A model generated the notes under the pieces. That model saw only the letters and a list, made by a program, of their open reading frames with translations. It did no database searches and was not told the origin of the DNA. Source: a virus (lineage: Duplodnaviria > Caudoviricetes). From it: DNA of 64,000 nt. The stretch spans positions 1 to 64,000 of IMG/VR virus record IMGVR_UViG_2974623298_000001; one strand, written 5' to 3'. The position numbers and the translations under genes are program-made. This document shows, in pieces, positions 1 to 9,048 of this stretch (position 1 is the stretch's first letter; the number at the start of each line of letters is the position of its first letter).

Positions 1-41
1 GTGCATCTTTATTCAGACGACGCCCGTGTTCAGTTGAGCAT

Positions 42-183
42 TGCAACGACTTTTAGTTGCGTGTTGCATCTGATAACGTTGAAGGTCGCAACTAATTTTC
101 GCCGACCAGAGCAAGGTAAGCCTAACCTAACTTTGCTAGCGTGGATTTGGGATGCAACTTTGGAAAGGGTGTGTGCTAGCGTG
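42..183. repeat. cluster of short GCAAC/GTTGC repeats in both orientations plus a TGCTAGCGTG direct repeat
   Basis: tagttgcg (~54-61) vs cgcaacta (87-94); gttgcatc (63-70) vs gatgcaac (151-158); tgctagcgtg twice (~134 and ~174). Confidence 0.55.
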
Positions 184-364
184 AAGCTCTCTGCTCCGTT
201 TTGCGTAGATAGCAAAAAGAAACTTTACTAGGTAGTACCACCGTCTCAGATTTAATTCCCAGGGAATGCACAAAGAACGTGTATGTTCCGGCCATTACAT
301 TGCCAACCAGGAAAACAATCAGTTGATAATAGAAAAGACGAACATATGTTCGATCAAGGAAGGT

Positions 365-651
365 TAGGAATGTATTAGGAATGTTTATATAGTGTTTGAC
401 CTGCGGTTTTACCAATACATTCATACTATCCAAACATTCCTACGTTATTTTTCCGCCATCTGTCTTACGTATAAGGCAGTTCACCCGTATCCTCGCTAGT
501 ACCACCGGGACACCCCCGCGTCTGATGGTTGTTCAGATATGTTCGGGCTGAAAACGCTAGGAATGTTTGGAAGGTTTTCAAAAACCGGTCCTGACCTGCG
601 GTTTAAACGTTCCGCAAACATTCCTAGCGGCCGGAATGTTTAGGAATGTTT
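365..651. repeat. iteron-like array of TAGGAATGTTT in both orientations; candidate replication origin
   Basis: copies at 365-375 (variant), 376-386, 432-442 (rc), 558-568, 616-626 (rc), 641-651, partial at 633-641; TGACCTGCGGTTT at 397-409 and 592-604; AT-rich, no credible ORF. Confidence 0.7.
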
Positions 652-780
652 CTCCCGTTTCCCCAGCACTTGCACTCGTTTGGCCCGATCCTGGGTGGCG
701 CTCCTGGTACCACCGGCGTCTGGTTCCGGCACCGAGCACAGAGCCCGAAATGTCCGTTTATGGTTTCTGACCGTGCACAA

Positions 781-820
781 AGAAAACCGCCCGCGTCGGT
801 GTAGTACCAACGCGGGCGGT
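781..820 (-). terminator. intrinsic terminator of the leftward replication block
   Basis: 11-bp stem accgcccgcgt (786-796)/acgcgggcggt (810-820) followed by TTTTCT on the minus strand, just after the stop at 834. Confidence 0.85.
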
Positions 821-833
821 CGTATTCAGTTGT

Positions 834-1277
834 TTAGTGCTTGGGTATGAACAGCTTGCTGCCGCCTCGCTTCAGTGCTGCGGGGTAGCTCAATCCCTCC
901 CCGGTGAAGATCTGCTCGATCGAGGCCGGCTTGCCTGCGTCGTCGCTCATCACATGCTCGACCACCCAGCTCAGCGCCTTGGCTGCACCGGCGGTCTCGC
1001 TGATCCCTACCGCGATCTGCGCCTGCTTTGTGGGGTCTGTCTCGAGCTGGAGCTTGATGGTGAGCTGCTGGTAGATGTCGTGGAAGTACTCGCTCCCGTT
1101 GACCAGCAGCTTGACCAGCTGCTGGATCGACTCGATCATCTCCTGCTGGGACTGGACACTGAGCGCGGCCTCGACGATCGTAGCCGCCTCGTCCACGATC
1201 GTCTGGTCGGAGTCGTTCGCGTAGGCGTGAGCGAGGACATACCCGAGTGCGTCGGCTGCAGTCTCGAATCGGCTCAT
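834..1277 (-). CDS. hypothetical helical protein
   Basis: 147-aa ORF, GC3-rich codons, 4-bp overlap with upstream gene. Confidence 0.75.
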   Translation of the reverse strand: MSRFETAADALGYVLAHAYANDSDQTIVDEAATIVEAALSVQSQQEMIESIQQLVKLLVNGSEYFHDIYQQLTIKLQLETDPTKQAQIAVGISETAGAAKALSWVVEHVMSDDAGKPASIEQIFTGEGLSYPAALKRGGSKLFIPKH

Positions 1278-1534
1278 TTGTTCAGACCCTTCGTGGAAGC
1301 GTCGAGGTCCTCGATCACTTGTCGGAGATTGTTCTCGATCACCTTGTAAGCCTCGATCGAGGTGTCGAGCATCTGCTTGCGAGCAGTGTCGATCGTGATG
1401 GGGTGGCGCTCTCGGATGGCCTCGAGTGCCTCGCGTCCGTGCGCGGCCTTGTTGTACTCGCCCCTGAGGGATTGCGAGACTAGGCGGAAACTCGCGAGCT
1501 GGTGGTACAGCTCCTCCTGCGTCATACTGCTCAT
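1274..1534 (-). CDS. hypothetical protein (start re-called at MSSMTQEE)
   Basis: ATG at 1534 overlaps the stop of 1531-1803. Confidence 0.7.
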   Translation of the reverse strand: MSSMTQEELYHQLASFRLVSQSLRGEYNKAAHGREALEAIRERHPITIDTARKQMLDTSIEAYKVIENNLRQVIEDLDASTKGLNK

Positions 1535-1803
1535 GCTACCTCTGTTCCCTTCTTGAGTGACTCTTGGTATTCTGCGAACCTCTGCTCGAGGTATGCGTCG
1601 CGGATCGGGTTCGAGGCCTTCATGTTCTTGTTCTGGCTTCGGATGCGGTCCCGATGCTGCTTGAGGCATAGCGGCCCCTTGCAACCGTCAGCATAGCCGA
1701 TGGGTCGACCGTGCTTGTGTGCAGCGATATTTGGGCTGGCGAGCTCGGCGTCCACCTGAGCCTTCAGCTTCTCGATGTACTCGTTGATGGTTTCGCCGCT
1801 CAT
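1531..1803 (-). CDS. small hypothetical protein with HG..GY..GCxxxxC motif
   Basis: 90-aa ORF coupled to neighbours by 4-bp overlaps. Confidence 0.7.
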   Translation of the reverse strand: MSGETINEYIEKLKAQVDAELASPNIAAHKHGRPIGYADGCKGPLCLKQHRDRIRSQNKNMKASNPIRDAYLEQRFAEYQESLKKGTEVA

Positions 1804-4067
1804 TTTGCCTGATCCTTCTTGTTCTTGGTGATACCTGTGACTGTTGCGACCCCTTGCTTGAGCTGCTTCATCGCAGCAACCTCAGGATCAAAGTACCGTG
1901 GCTTCTTGGGTCCTCTCGTGTTAGCCCCCATCGCCGACTGGACATCCCCTCTCTCGATCAGTGATTCGAGACGCCGACTGATCTCGACACTGTCCCAACC
2001 CCTGGTCTTGAGCTTGTCTTGGATTGTCCCGAAGGTGACATACCCCTTGCTCTCGGTGAAGGCTCTGATGACCTTCTTGAGCGCGTCGTCAATCTCATTG
2101 CCCAAGGTGAGTATCGTTTTCTCTCCGGTGACCGTGGTAGCACGATTGAGATACTCCATCACCCACATAGCAGACTTGATGTCCTCTGCCATGACCTTGT
2201 CCGCTCGACGGTTGACGGCGAAGAGGGTTGACAATTTGTAAAGTTTCAGGTCGAATCGTGACTTGAGATCATCGCCCTGCTTCCAGACCTCGACCACCTG
2301 ATAGCACTGTCGCATCAAGTCCCGGGCCGAGTAGTCCACATCAAGGTAAAACAACTTGCGAACGGACTTGCCCTGCGGGTCCACCTTGCCCATGTAGTAC
2401 GCGGCAACGTCAGTGTAGAGCTCCTGACAATGATCCGTGTTCTTCATCTTGTCATCAAAGGGATCGCCGACTGGAGGCTTATTGCCGGTTACCACTTCGA
2501 ATCGAGCAAGCAAGCCATTGCCGATATTGCCCCGACCAATCAGCTGCGGAAGCGCCTTAGGCTGCACGCCAGCACTGAAAACCAGGTTGGGGTTAATCGC
2601 GATCATAGTTCCGCTGGACTTTGAGCCGGCCCGGATAGCGCCATCGAGAGCAGCGTTGTTGTCCATCTCTTGAAAGATTCCAACCAGGGAGCTTCCTGTG
2701 ACTGCACCCTTGCCCATGAACCGAGACAGCTCATCAACTTCAAGGTCAGCCATAACGTCCATGACCTTGTACCTGACTCCGGCCTCGATCTCCTCACTGA
2801 GGCTCTCGAGCAGGAACTCGCCCGAACCAGGCTCGATCAGCCTCTTGACTCCAGTGTGAGTCCCGTGCGGCCGACCACTGGGCGGAACAGGCTTCCACTC
2901 GTACACAATGTGATCGAGTATCTCATCCATCGGCCTGCGGGATTGTGACTTGCCAGCGCCGGTTGCACCGACGAATAGCACTGATAGTGTGGTCTTGAAT
3001 GGGCGACCCACCCTTCCCCGGAGGTAGGGGCCTGCAGAGAGGGAAAGCAACTGTAGGCCCCTGAAGAGGCTATATTCTTTGGGCACGCTCATCTCTTCGA
3101 CAACCCGCATGTACTCGTACAGGGGCGTACCCGCGGGTATGTTGTCGAAGATGTTCTCGATCTCGGGTAGCTTGTCTCCGGTATCGACTGGGGTAGCAAT
3201 GGACGTGACGAGTGTCGACTCCTCCTCGACCTCTTCGCTGCTGGGCGGCGATGCCGCTAGACTGGCTGGAGGTGTCTCGACTGGTGCGGGTGGCTCATCT
3301 TTAACGGAGTCGGCTCCAAACTCCTTGCGGCTAAAAGATGTAGGCCCCATTTCCGGCAGGTCATCATCTAGGCCCGCAAGACTGAAGCCCAGTTTTTCGG
3401 CGACCTCCTGTGCGGAGACTGGCTTTGGTGTGACCTCTTCGACAGCCTTGGCTACCTGGCTTGCGTATGACTCGCCATGTTCCGCTGCCTCCCGCTGCTG
3501 GGTAGCTGGCGACTTGCCGACGTAGACCTTGCCTTCGCGGACGAACTCCCAGCCACACAACTCCTCGAGGGTGACCTGCTTGGCCTTGGCGAACTCCTTG
3601 CCCTTGCTGGTCTTGCCGTAGGGCAGGCCTCGTGCGGCTGCCACCATGTCCACCACTCCGCCGCCGTTGTCGCACTGGCCATAGCAGACCCATGTATCTT
3701 TGACGGTGTTGATGCAGGCGGCCTCGGTGTTCGAGTTGTCGTGATCGGCCGACGGGCAGAACACGAGGATCTCATTCTTGCCGCCCGATCGCTTGGGGTC
3801 GACCTTGCGGCCGGTCAGGCGTTCGTAGACATCTCGAATCTTGAGGGACTTGAGGGCGTCGTCCTCTTCGGCTTGGCGTTCAGCCTTCTGCTTACGCCAG
3901 TCGTTCTCGTCCTCCCAGATTTCAGGAGCGGCCTCCGCGAACTCGGATGGAACCTCCGCGTCAGACTCGACGGTCTCAAGCTGAGACTTGGCTGCCGCCT
4001 CGGCTTCTTCCCTCGCCACCTTCTCCTTGAGCATCTCAAGGATGGGGTTCGGCTTCTTGTCGGTCAT
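1800..4067 (-). CDS. replicative helicase-like protein: N-terminal primase-type Zn finger, acidic linker, P-loop ATPase, C-terminal winged-helix-like region
   Basis: CP...H...W.CYGQC Zn motif; Walker A GATGAGKS; Walker B-like VDE; GLLARF arginine-finger-like motif; start re-called at MTDKK. Confidence 0.7.
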   Translation of the reverse strand: MTDKKPNPILEMLKEKVAREEAEAAAKSQLETVESDAEVPSEFAEAAPEIWEDENDWRKQKAERQAEEDDALKSLKIRDVYERLTGRKVDPKRSGGKNEILVFCPSADHDNSNTEAACINTVKDTWVCYGQCDNGGGVVDMVAAARGLPYGKTSKGKEFAKAKQVTLEELCGWEFVREGKVYVGKSPATQQREAAEHGESYASQVAKAVEEVTPKPVSAQEVAEKLGFSLAGLDDDLPEMGPTSFSRKEFGADSVKDEPPAPVETPPASLAASPPSSEEVEEESTLVTSIATPVDTGDKLPEIENIFDNIPAGTPLYEYMRVVEEMSVPKEYSLFRGLQLLSLSAGPYLRGRVGRPFKTTLSVLFVGATGAGKSQSRRPMDEILDHIVYEWKPVPPSGRPHGTHTGVKRLIEPGSGEFLLESLSEEIEAGVRYKVMDVMADLEVDELSRFMGKGAVTGSSLVGIFQEMDNNAALDGAIRAGSKSSGTMIAINPNLVFSAGVQPKALPQLIGRGNIGNGLLARFEVVTGNKPPVGDPFDDKMKNTDHCQELYTDVAAYYMGKVDPQGKSVRKLFYLDVDYSARDLMRQCYQVVEVWKQGDDLKSRFDLKLYKLSTLFAVNRRADKVMAEDIKSAMWVMEYLNRATTVTGEKTILTLGNEIDDALKKVIRAFTESKGYVTFGTIQDKLKTRGWDSVEISRRLESLIERGDVQSAMGANTRGPKKPRYFDPEVAAMKQLKQGVATVTGITKNKKDQAK

Positions 4068-4291
4068 GCGTACTCCAGTCGGCTGATCTTGATGCGACCT
4101 TCTGGTACGTCGAGCGCCAACGAAGCGGCCCGCGTTGCGGTCATGGTGACGTTGCTCTTGTGGTAACACCCAGTCTTGGATAGCAGTCCACGGTTGTCAT
4201 AGCAGTGTATGACAAAGCCGCCGTTCTCGCGTCGGGCGCTGACCCGAATCTCGATACGGTTGCCCCGGTACTTATCCCGCCGATTCGGCAA
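4064..4291 (-). CDS. hypothetical protein
   Basis: TTG start 9 nt after AGGAGG; fills the gap to the helicase with a 4-bp overlap. Confidence 0.55.
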   Translation of the reverse strand: MPNRRDKYRGNRIEIRVSARRENGGFVIHCYDNRGLLSKTGCYHKSNVTMTATRAASLALDVPEGRIKISRLEYA

Positions 4292-4415
4292 TTGCCTCAG
4301 CCTCCTCGCGGGTGCGGACCACTCCCAGCTCTGCCTGATAGGCAAGGGCCTGCTCCCTGGTCGGCAGCACCTCGTCGGCCGGGGTCACGGTGACTTCTTC
4401 GTCAGGGTTCGACAT
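4272..4415 (-). CDS. small acidic hypothetical protein (47 aa, MSNPDEEV...), below ORF-track cutoff
   Basis: own translation; GC3-rich codons. Confidence 0.6.
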   Translation of the reverse strand: MSNPDEEVTVTPADEVLPTREQALAYQAELGVVRTREEAEAIAESAG

Positions 4416-4560
4416 GTCCACACTTTCTGCAGGGGATTGGGTTGTTGTCGGGGTACATCACGATTGCCGAGTATCCATCCAGTGATAGACTCTGTGCGAA
4501 TGCGTTGAGTCGGGCTGCGACTTCGGTGACCTTCTCGAGGTCGGGATTCGCGTACATCAT
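4402..4560 (-). CDS. small hypothetical protein (52 aa) with C-terminal CxxC
   Basis: MMYANPDLEK...PCRKCGH. Confidence 0.55.
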   Translation of the reverse strand: MMYANPDLEKVTEVAARLNAFAQSLSLDGYSAIVMYPDNNPIPCRKCGHVEP

Positions 4561-4582
4561 GATCACGGCTGGATCACGATCT

Positions 4583-5521
4583 TCATTCGATGCCAAGGTG
4601 ATCCTCGCTTGGGTCGACGAATGGATCGCCAGTCTCGAGCAGCACGACTGGCGAGGGGTGGGGGCTGAGCTCCTTGGTGGACAGTCGCTGGTCAATGAAG
4701 AACGTGGGGTCCTTCTCATGCTTGAGGTTGATGCCCAGGGGGAGGCGGCAGAGATTGCCGAGGTCCTTGTCCTTCATGGAAGCCTGCTTGGGGAATATCT
4801 CCACCGTCAGGTTCTGGTAGCTGTAGTACGGGTCGGTCTCGGCGTGCTTGAAGAAGTTATCGCCGTGCACGGCTTCGAAGCCCGCGCTCGGCGATATGAG
4901 CTTGCCTGCATACTCGAGCGTCATGAGCGCGGCGGCGCGCGCCACCTTGGCGTCGATGGGCTCGGGGAAGAAGGCGTAGACGTGGCAGCCCTTGTTGCCC
5001 GAGTAGGCCGCAGCCGATTCGAGCTGAAGATGATTCTGAATTGCTGACGTGAGGAAGTCGCACATGGAGCGCAACTGATACTTGAGCCAGGGACGCGCAG
5101 GATTGCGGCGGTCGTGCCAGGCCGCACGAGGGTGTAGCGAGTGTACGCGTTCGGCTACGACTTTGTCGAAGTCGGCATCAGTGGTCTGTGCGAGCACGTC
5201 GTCGGGAAGGTCCACCCATGTACCGTGACCTTGTTCGCAGCAGGCAGGAAGGGGCTGATCCTTCTTGCGCTTGTTGCAGTATCCGGTGTCGAGGTCGATG
5301 TCGAACACGATGAGCTTGGTGAGCCCGTCGGCGTCGCAGGTGTAGTGGCCGAAGGTCTGCTCCTTGGTCACATGGGAAATGAGGTCGCCCATCTTCCAGG
5401 GCTCCCTGACGGGACGGTATCCACCGTCGGCTACCTGTACGGCCTTGACGTCCTTGCGTTGGATGAATCGCTTTGCGATCAGTTTGGCGAGCGTGGCATC
5501 TCTTGCGTCTACCTCAGGCAA
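4583..5521 (-). CDS. archaeo-eukaryotic primase (AEP / primase-polymerase)
   Basis: motif I VFDID, motif II SGNKGCHVY, motif III FPKQ...LGNLCRLPLG; TTG start after AAAGGAG. Confidence 0.85.
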   Translation of the reverse strand: MPEVDARDATLAKLIAKRFIQRKDVKAVQVADGGYRPVREPWKMGDLISHVTKEQTFGHYTCDADGLTKLIVFDIDLDTGYCNKRKKDQPLPACCEQGHGTWVDLPDDVLAQTTDADFDKVVAERVHSLHPRAAWHDRRNPARPWLKYQLRSMCDFLTSAIQNHLQLESAAAYSGNKGCHVYAFFPEPIDAKVARAAALMTLEYAGKLISPSAGFEAVHGDNFFKHAETDPYYSYQNLTVEIFPKQASMKDKDLGNLCRLPLGINLKHEKDPTFFIDQRLSTKELSPHPSPVVLLETGDPFVDPSEDHLGIE

Positions 5522-5571
5522 GGTATCACTCCTTTCCACAGTCGTCCCGGTGTGTCCGGGGCGCGGTGTGT

Positions 5572-5601
5572 ACCGTACCACATCATGCTAACAATTGTCA
5601 A
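5572..5601 (-). promoter_or_regulatory. SigA-like promoter for the primase/helicase block
   Basis: TTGACA-N18-TACGGT with TGG extended -10. Confidence 0.75.
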
Positions 5602-5654
5602 ACACACGCCTGAGCTGCGGGTTTGCCCGATATGCGCGCGGGCGCAGGGGCAGA

Positions 5655-5663
5655 TGGTACTAT
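5655..5663 (+). promoter_or_regulatory. extended -10 promoter, likely leaderless transcript for the packaging operon
   Basis: TGG-TACTAT ending 6 nt before ATG at 5670; no Shine-Dalgarno sequence. Confidence 0.6.
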
Positions 5664-5669
5664 CGGTCC

Positions 5670-7076
5670 ATGCCCAAACTTCACCAGGGAAGACGCTACG
5701 ATCTGTGGTGGCAGAACCCCTTCAAGTATTACGAACACCTGAAGGACTCTGGCGAGACGCAAGTACTGTTCGATCACTCATTGCTGACGAAGTACAAAGT
5801 CAATCCCCGAGAGTTCATGCTGCAACACTTCCGAGGCATGTCGTGGAAGTGCTACGTAATGAACGAGGACTGTACGATCCTCATTGACCACACCTGCGGC
5901 CCCGAAGAAACAAAGGGCTCGTGGGCAGTGTGGGATTACCAGAAGCACGACCTCGAGGAACTGAAGGACCTTGTCGAGATGCCGTGGAAGGATCGGCCGA
6001 TCGACCCCCTCGCCGACTGGTACGAGGTGCCACACCCCGCACAGAAGCATCGAGTGTTCATCAAGAACATCGTCGCCGGGACTCGCGATGAGTTGTGGAA
6101 GAAGCGCCGACAGAGGCTGACCAAGATTCAGAGACTGTACCCCGAGTGCGAACTGTTCATCAAGCCCAAGCACTTCATCATGGGCCTCGCGTTCGGGGCA
6201 GGGTTCACTGCCTCGTCCCTCGACCCGTACGAGATGCGCTGGCTGGAGCGCGGCAAGATCGTGCTCCCCACCGGACGCAAGGTTCATCTCGAAGATGTAT
6301 ACTCTCACGCGGACGCCATCGAGCACTTTGGCTTCGACCCCGAAGAGGTTCGCTACGATCAGGACGTGGGATTGCTTTACTGCATCGCGTCGATCCGCTA
6401 CGCTGCCCATCATTGGGATGACCCGACTGGGCCTTTCTACAGCAAGAAGAGTCACCTACTAAGCTTGCCAGACTTCAACAACCCTGACATGTATGCGCAG
6501 ATGCCATCGTACGACAGGGTGGTACGACCGCTCGACAAGATCAAACCCACCGACCAGGTGCTTTGCGACTCGTGTTCGCTGTGGCGCTTGTGTCCGGCTT
6601 ATCGCACCGAGGAGGTGTGTGGATTGCCCAGCTCAGAGACACGACGACTCGCCGACATGGCTCTGTCTCGCAACGCCGACGACGTGGTTGAGATGCTCGC
6701 GTCCGTGGTCAGCAAGCAGGCCGAGCGCGTCGAGCGCAAGATCGACGACGAGAAGTTCCTCGAGAGTGGCTACGACAAGGACGTTGACAAGATGCTCAAC
6801 AACCTGTTCAAGAACGGCGCCACACTCGCCAAGCTCCGCAACCCCGCTCTCGGTCGACCGCTGGTGCAGATCAATGCGAACGTGGACCCCAAGACACAGG
6901 CGATCCAGCAGGCCGACCCACGTGCGCTAGCCATGGGTGTGATCCAGGAGCTCGAGGACAGCGGCGTTCCTCGTGAGGACATCACCGAAGAGATGATCGA
7001 GAAGCACATCCAAGACAACTACGCGCCCCGGCAGCTCGAGGGCGAAGTGGTAGACGCGGAGGTTACGGATGGCTAA
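5670..7076 (+). CDS. terminase-adjacent protein with Cys4 motif and helical C-terminus; possible terminase small subunit with degenerate TGT-like N-terminal barrel
   Basis: 468 aa; CDSC-x5-C-x8-C; 8-bp overlap with TerL; no other TerS candidate. Confidence 0.45.
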   Translation: MPKLHQGRRYDLWWQNPFKYYEHLKDSGETQVLFDHSLLTKYKVNPREFMLQHFRGMSWKCYVMNEDCTILIDHTCGPEETKGSWAVWDYQKHDLEELKDLVEMPWKDRPIDPLADWYEVPHPAQKHRVFIKNIVAGTRDELWKKRRQRLTKIQRLYPECELFIKPKHFIMGLAFGAGFTASSLDPYEMRWLERGKIVLPTGRKVHLEDVYSHADAIEHFGFDPEEVRYDQDVGLLYCIASIRYAAHHWDDPTGPFYSKKSHLLSLPDFNNPDMYAQMPSYDRVVRPLDKIKPTDQVLCDSCSLWRLCPAYRTEEVCGLPSSETRRLADMALSRNADDVVEMLASVVSKQAERVERKIDDEKFLESGYDKDVDKMLNNLFKNGATLAKLRNPALGRPLVQINANVDPKTQAIQQADPRALAMGVIQELEDSGVPREDITEEMIEKHIQDNYAPRQLEGEVVDAEVTDG

Positions 7077-9045
7077 CCCCGTCTTCGAAGAGGCAATGTG
7101 GCTGAAGGACAATCCAGAGTTCCGACTTCGGCCAGCGAATATCCGTGAGTTCTGTGGACCCGGATACCTCAAGGAGCGCAACGTGCGCCCCGGCATCATG
7201 GAAGCTCTGCTCGAGACGTTCGGGGAGGAGGTGAACTCTTATGCGATTAGCAATAAGCGCAGGGCTCTGCTTACTGGCGCTATTGGCATTGGTAAGTCTA
7301 CTTACGCTGCCATTGCCCTGAGCTACATGGTGCACTGGATCAAGTGCCTGAACAATCCCAAGGAGTTCTACAACCTCTCTGACGACTCGGTCATTGGCTT
7401 CATGATGATGAGCACCACCGAGAAGCTCGCACAGGAAGTCATCTTCCAGAAGGTCAAGAAGCGTATCCAGAACTCCGCATGGTTCGAGCAGTACGCACCG
7501 CTCGCCGAGGAGAACAAGCGGCTTCAGAAGCAGATGCGATTCGAGGGTGACATCTGGATCGTGCCCGGTTCGTCTCTCGAGACCGCATTCGAGGGCTACG
7601 ACATTCTCGGCGGGATCGTAGACGAGGGTGACTCGCACAACGTCACCGACCAGAAGGACTATGCCGAGGCTGGCTACAACACGATTGAGTCTCGTATCGA
7701 GTCGCGGTTCACCGACTTCCAGACTGGGCAGCATCGTGGCCTGATGATCTGTATCGGACAGGCCAAGCGCAAGGGCGGGTTCATGCTCCGCCACTACGAC
7801 GAGTTCTCCAAGGACCCTGACTCGGTCGCGGTTCGCATGACGATCTGGGAGTCCTTCGGCTGGCACAACTACACCAAGGACAAGAAGGACATCGAGCGCG
7901 GAAAGGAGACGGCCGAGCGGGACAGCTTCTATTACGACATTCAGAAGCGTGAGATGTATTCGAAGGAAGCTGCGCAGCTCATCATGAACAAGAACCTCAT
8001 CGAGGTTCCGGTCCAGTACAGAAAGAGCTTCGAACGTGATCCGGTTAAAGCGCTCCGAGACCTTGCGGGAATACCTCCAGAGGTCGACGACCCATTCATC
8101 TCCCGTCCCGACTTCATTCTCGAGAACCAGAATCTCTGGCACGAGCGCTACCCGGACTACACTACGCCTGTGGGTACCGAATCTCGACTCGATCGCATCG
8201 TCCTTCCTGATTGGTTTCTGCCTGGTAATCTGGGCGGGCCTTACCGTCGGGTCATTCATATTGACACGGCTTACTCTCCAGACGGTGATGCTCTGGGGCT
8301 TGCGATGGCTCACGTCCCGGAAAAGGTCGACCAGTACGGAGAGGAACGACCGGTCATAGTCTTTGATCTTCTGCTACGGATCAAGGCGACCCCGGCGGTG
8401 GAGATCAACTTCGGAGAGCTCCGCAAGTTCATCTACATGCTGCGAGATGACTATGGCTTCGACATCGACATGGTAACCATTGACGGGTTCAACTCGTTCG
8501 ACTTCATTCAGCAGCTGAGGAAGAACAAGATCAAGTCGGACTACCTGTCGGTAGATAAGACCAAGGCGCCGTATGAAGATGTCCGCGAGGTCATCAACGA
8601 CAAGCGCTGCGAGATGCCGATGTACATGGTGCACTACAAGCTCGGTGACACTGAGGTTGTGAACATCGCGTACAAGGAATTGTCCGAGGTGCAGGACACC
8701 GGCAAGAAGATCGACCACCCTAAGGATGGAAGTAAGGATGTCGCTGACTCCATTACCGGGTGCGTGCACAACCTCGTGTCCAATACCAAGTACATCCGCG
8801 AGGCGCGCACCGTCGAGCGCAAGGGCGCCTCGGCTGGAGCCAAGGCGCAGGTGGTAAGCAGTGGTGAGGACTTCTTTGGCACCTCGCCGGCCAACGACCC
8901 GATGAAGCGCTCGCTCGAGCAGAACTCGCCGATCTCATTCGAGGAGTTCACCCGCGCTCAGGACGGCCTGGTCGGAGGTGCGTTGAACCTCGACATTCTC
9001 CTGAATGGCAACGGTCCGCCTGGATTTGAAGATCGCATGTGGTGA
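7069..9045 (+). CDS. terL: terminase large subunit
   Basis: Walker A GAIGIGKS, Walker B IVDEG, RNase H-like nuclease acidic residues (HIDTA, IDGF, KDVADS); immediately upstream of portal. Confidence 0.92.
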   Translation: MANPVFEEAMWLKDNPEFRLRPANIREFCGPGYLKERNVRPGIMEALLETFGEEVNSYAISNKRRALLTGAIGIGKSTYAAIALSYMVHWIKCLNNPKEFYNLSDDSVIGFMMMSTTEKLAQEVIFQKVKKRIQNSAWFEQYAPLAEENKRLQKQMRFEGDIWIVPGSSLETAFEGYDILGGIVDEGDSHNVTDQKDYAEAGYNTIESRIESRFTDFQTGQHRGLMICIGQAKRKGGFMLRHYDEFSKDPDSVAVRMTIWESFGWHNYTKDKKDIERGKETAERDSFYYDIQKREMYSKEAAQLIMNKNLIEVPVQYRKSFERDPVKALRDLAGIPPEVDDPFISRPDFILENQNLWHERYPDYTTPVGTESRLDRIVLPDWFLPGNLGGPYRRVIHIDTAYSPDGDALGLAMAHVPEKVDQYGEERPVIVFDLLLRIKATPAVEINFGELRKFIYMLRDDYGFDIDMVTIDGFNSFDFIQQLRKNKIKSDYLSVDKTKAPYEDVREVINDKRCEMPMYMVHYKLGDTEVVNIAYKELSEVQDTGKKIDHPKDGSKDVADSITGCVHNLVSNTKYIREARTVERKGASAGAKAQVVSSGEDFFGTSPANDPMKRSLEQNSPISFEEFTRAQDGLVGGALNLDILLNGNGPPGFEDRMW

Positions 9046-9048
9046 CGA

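Noticed and set aside
1-770. ORFs 1-231, 30-215, 176-433 and 567-770
   Set aside because: AT-rich, lack the phage codon bias and RBS, and overlap the repeat arrays; treated as non-coding.
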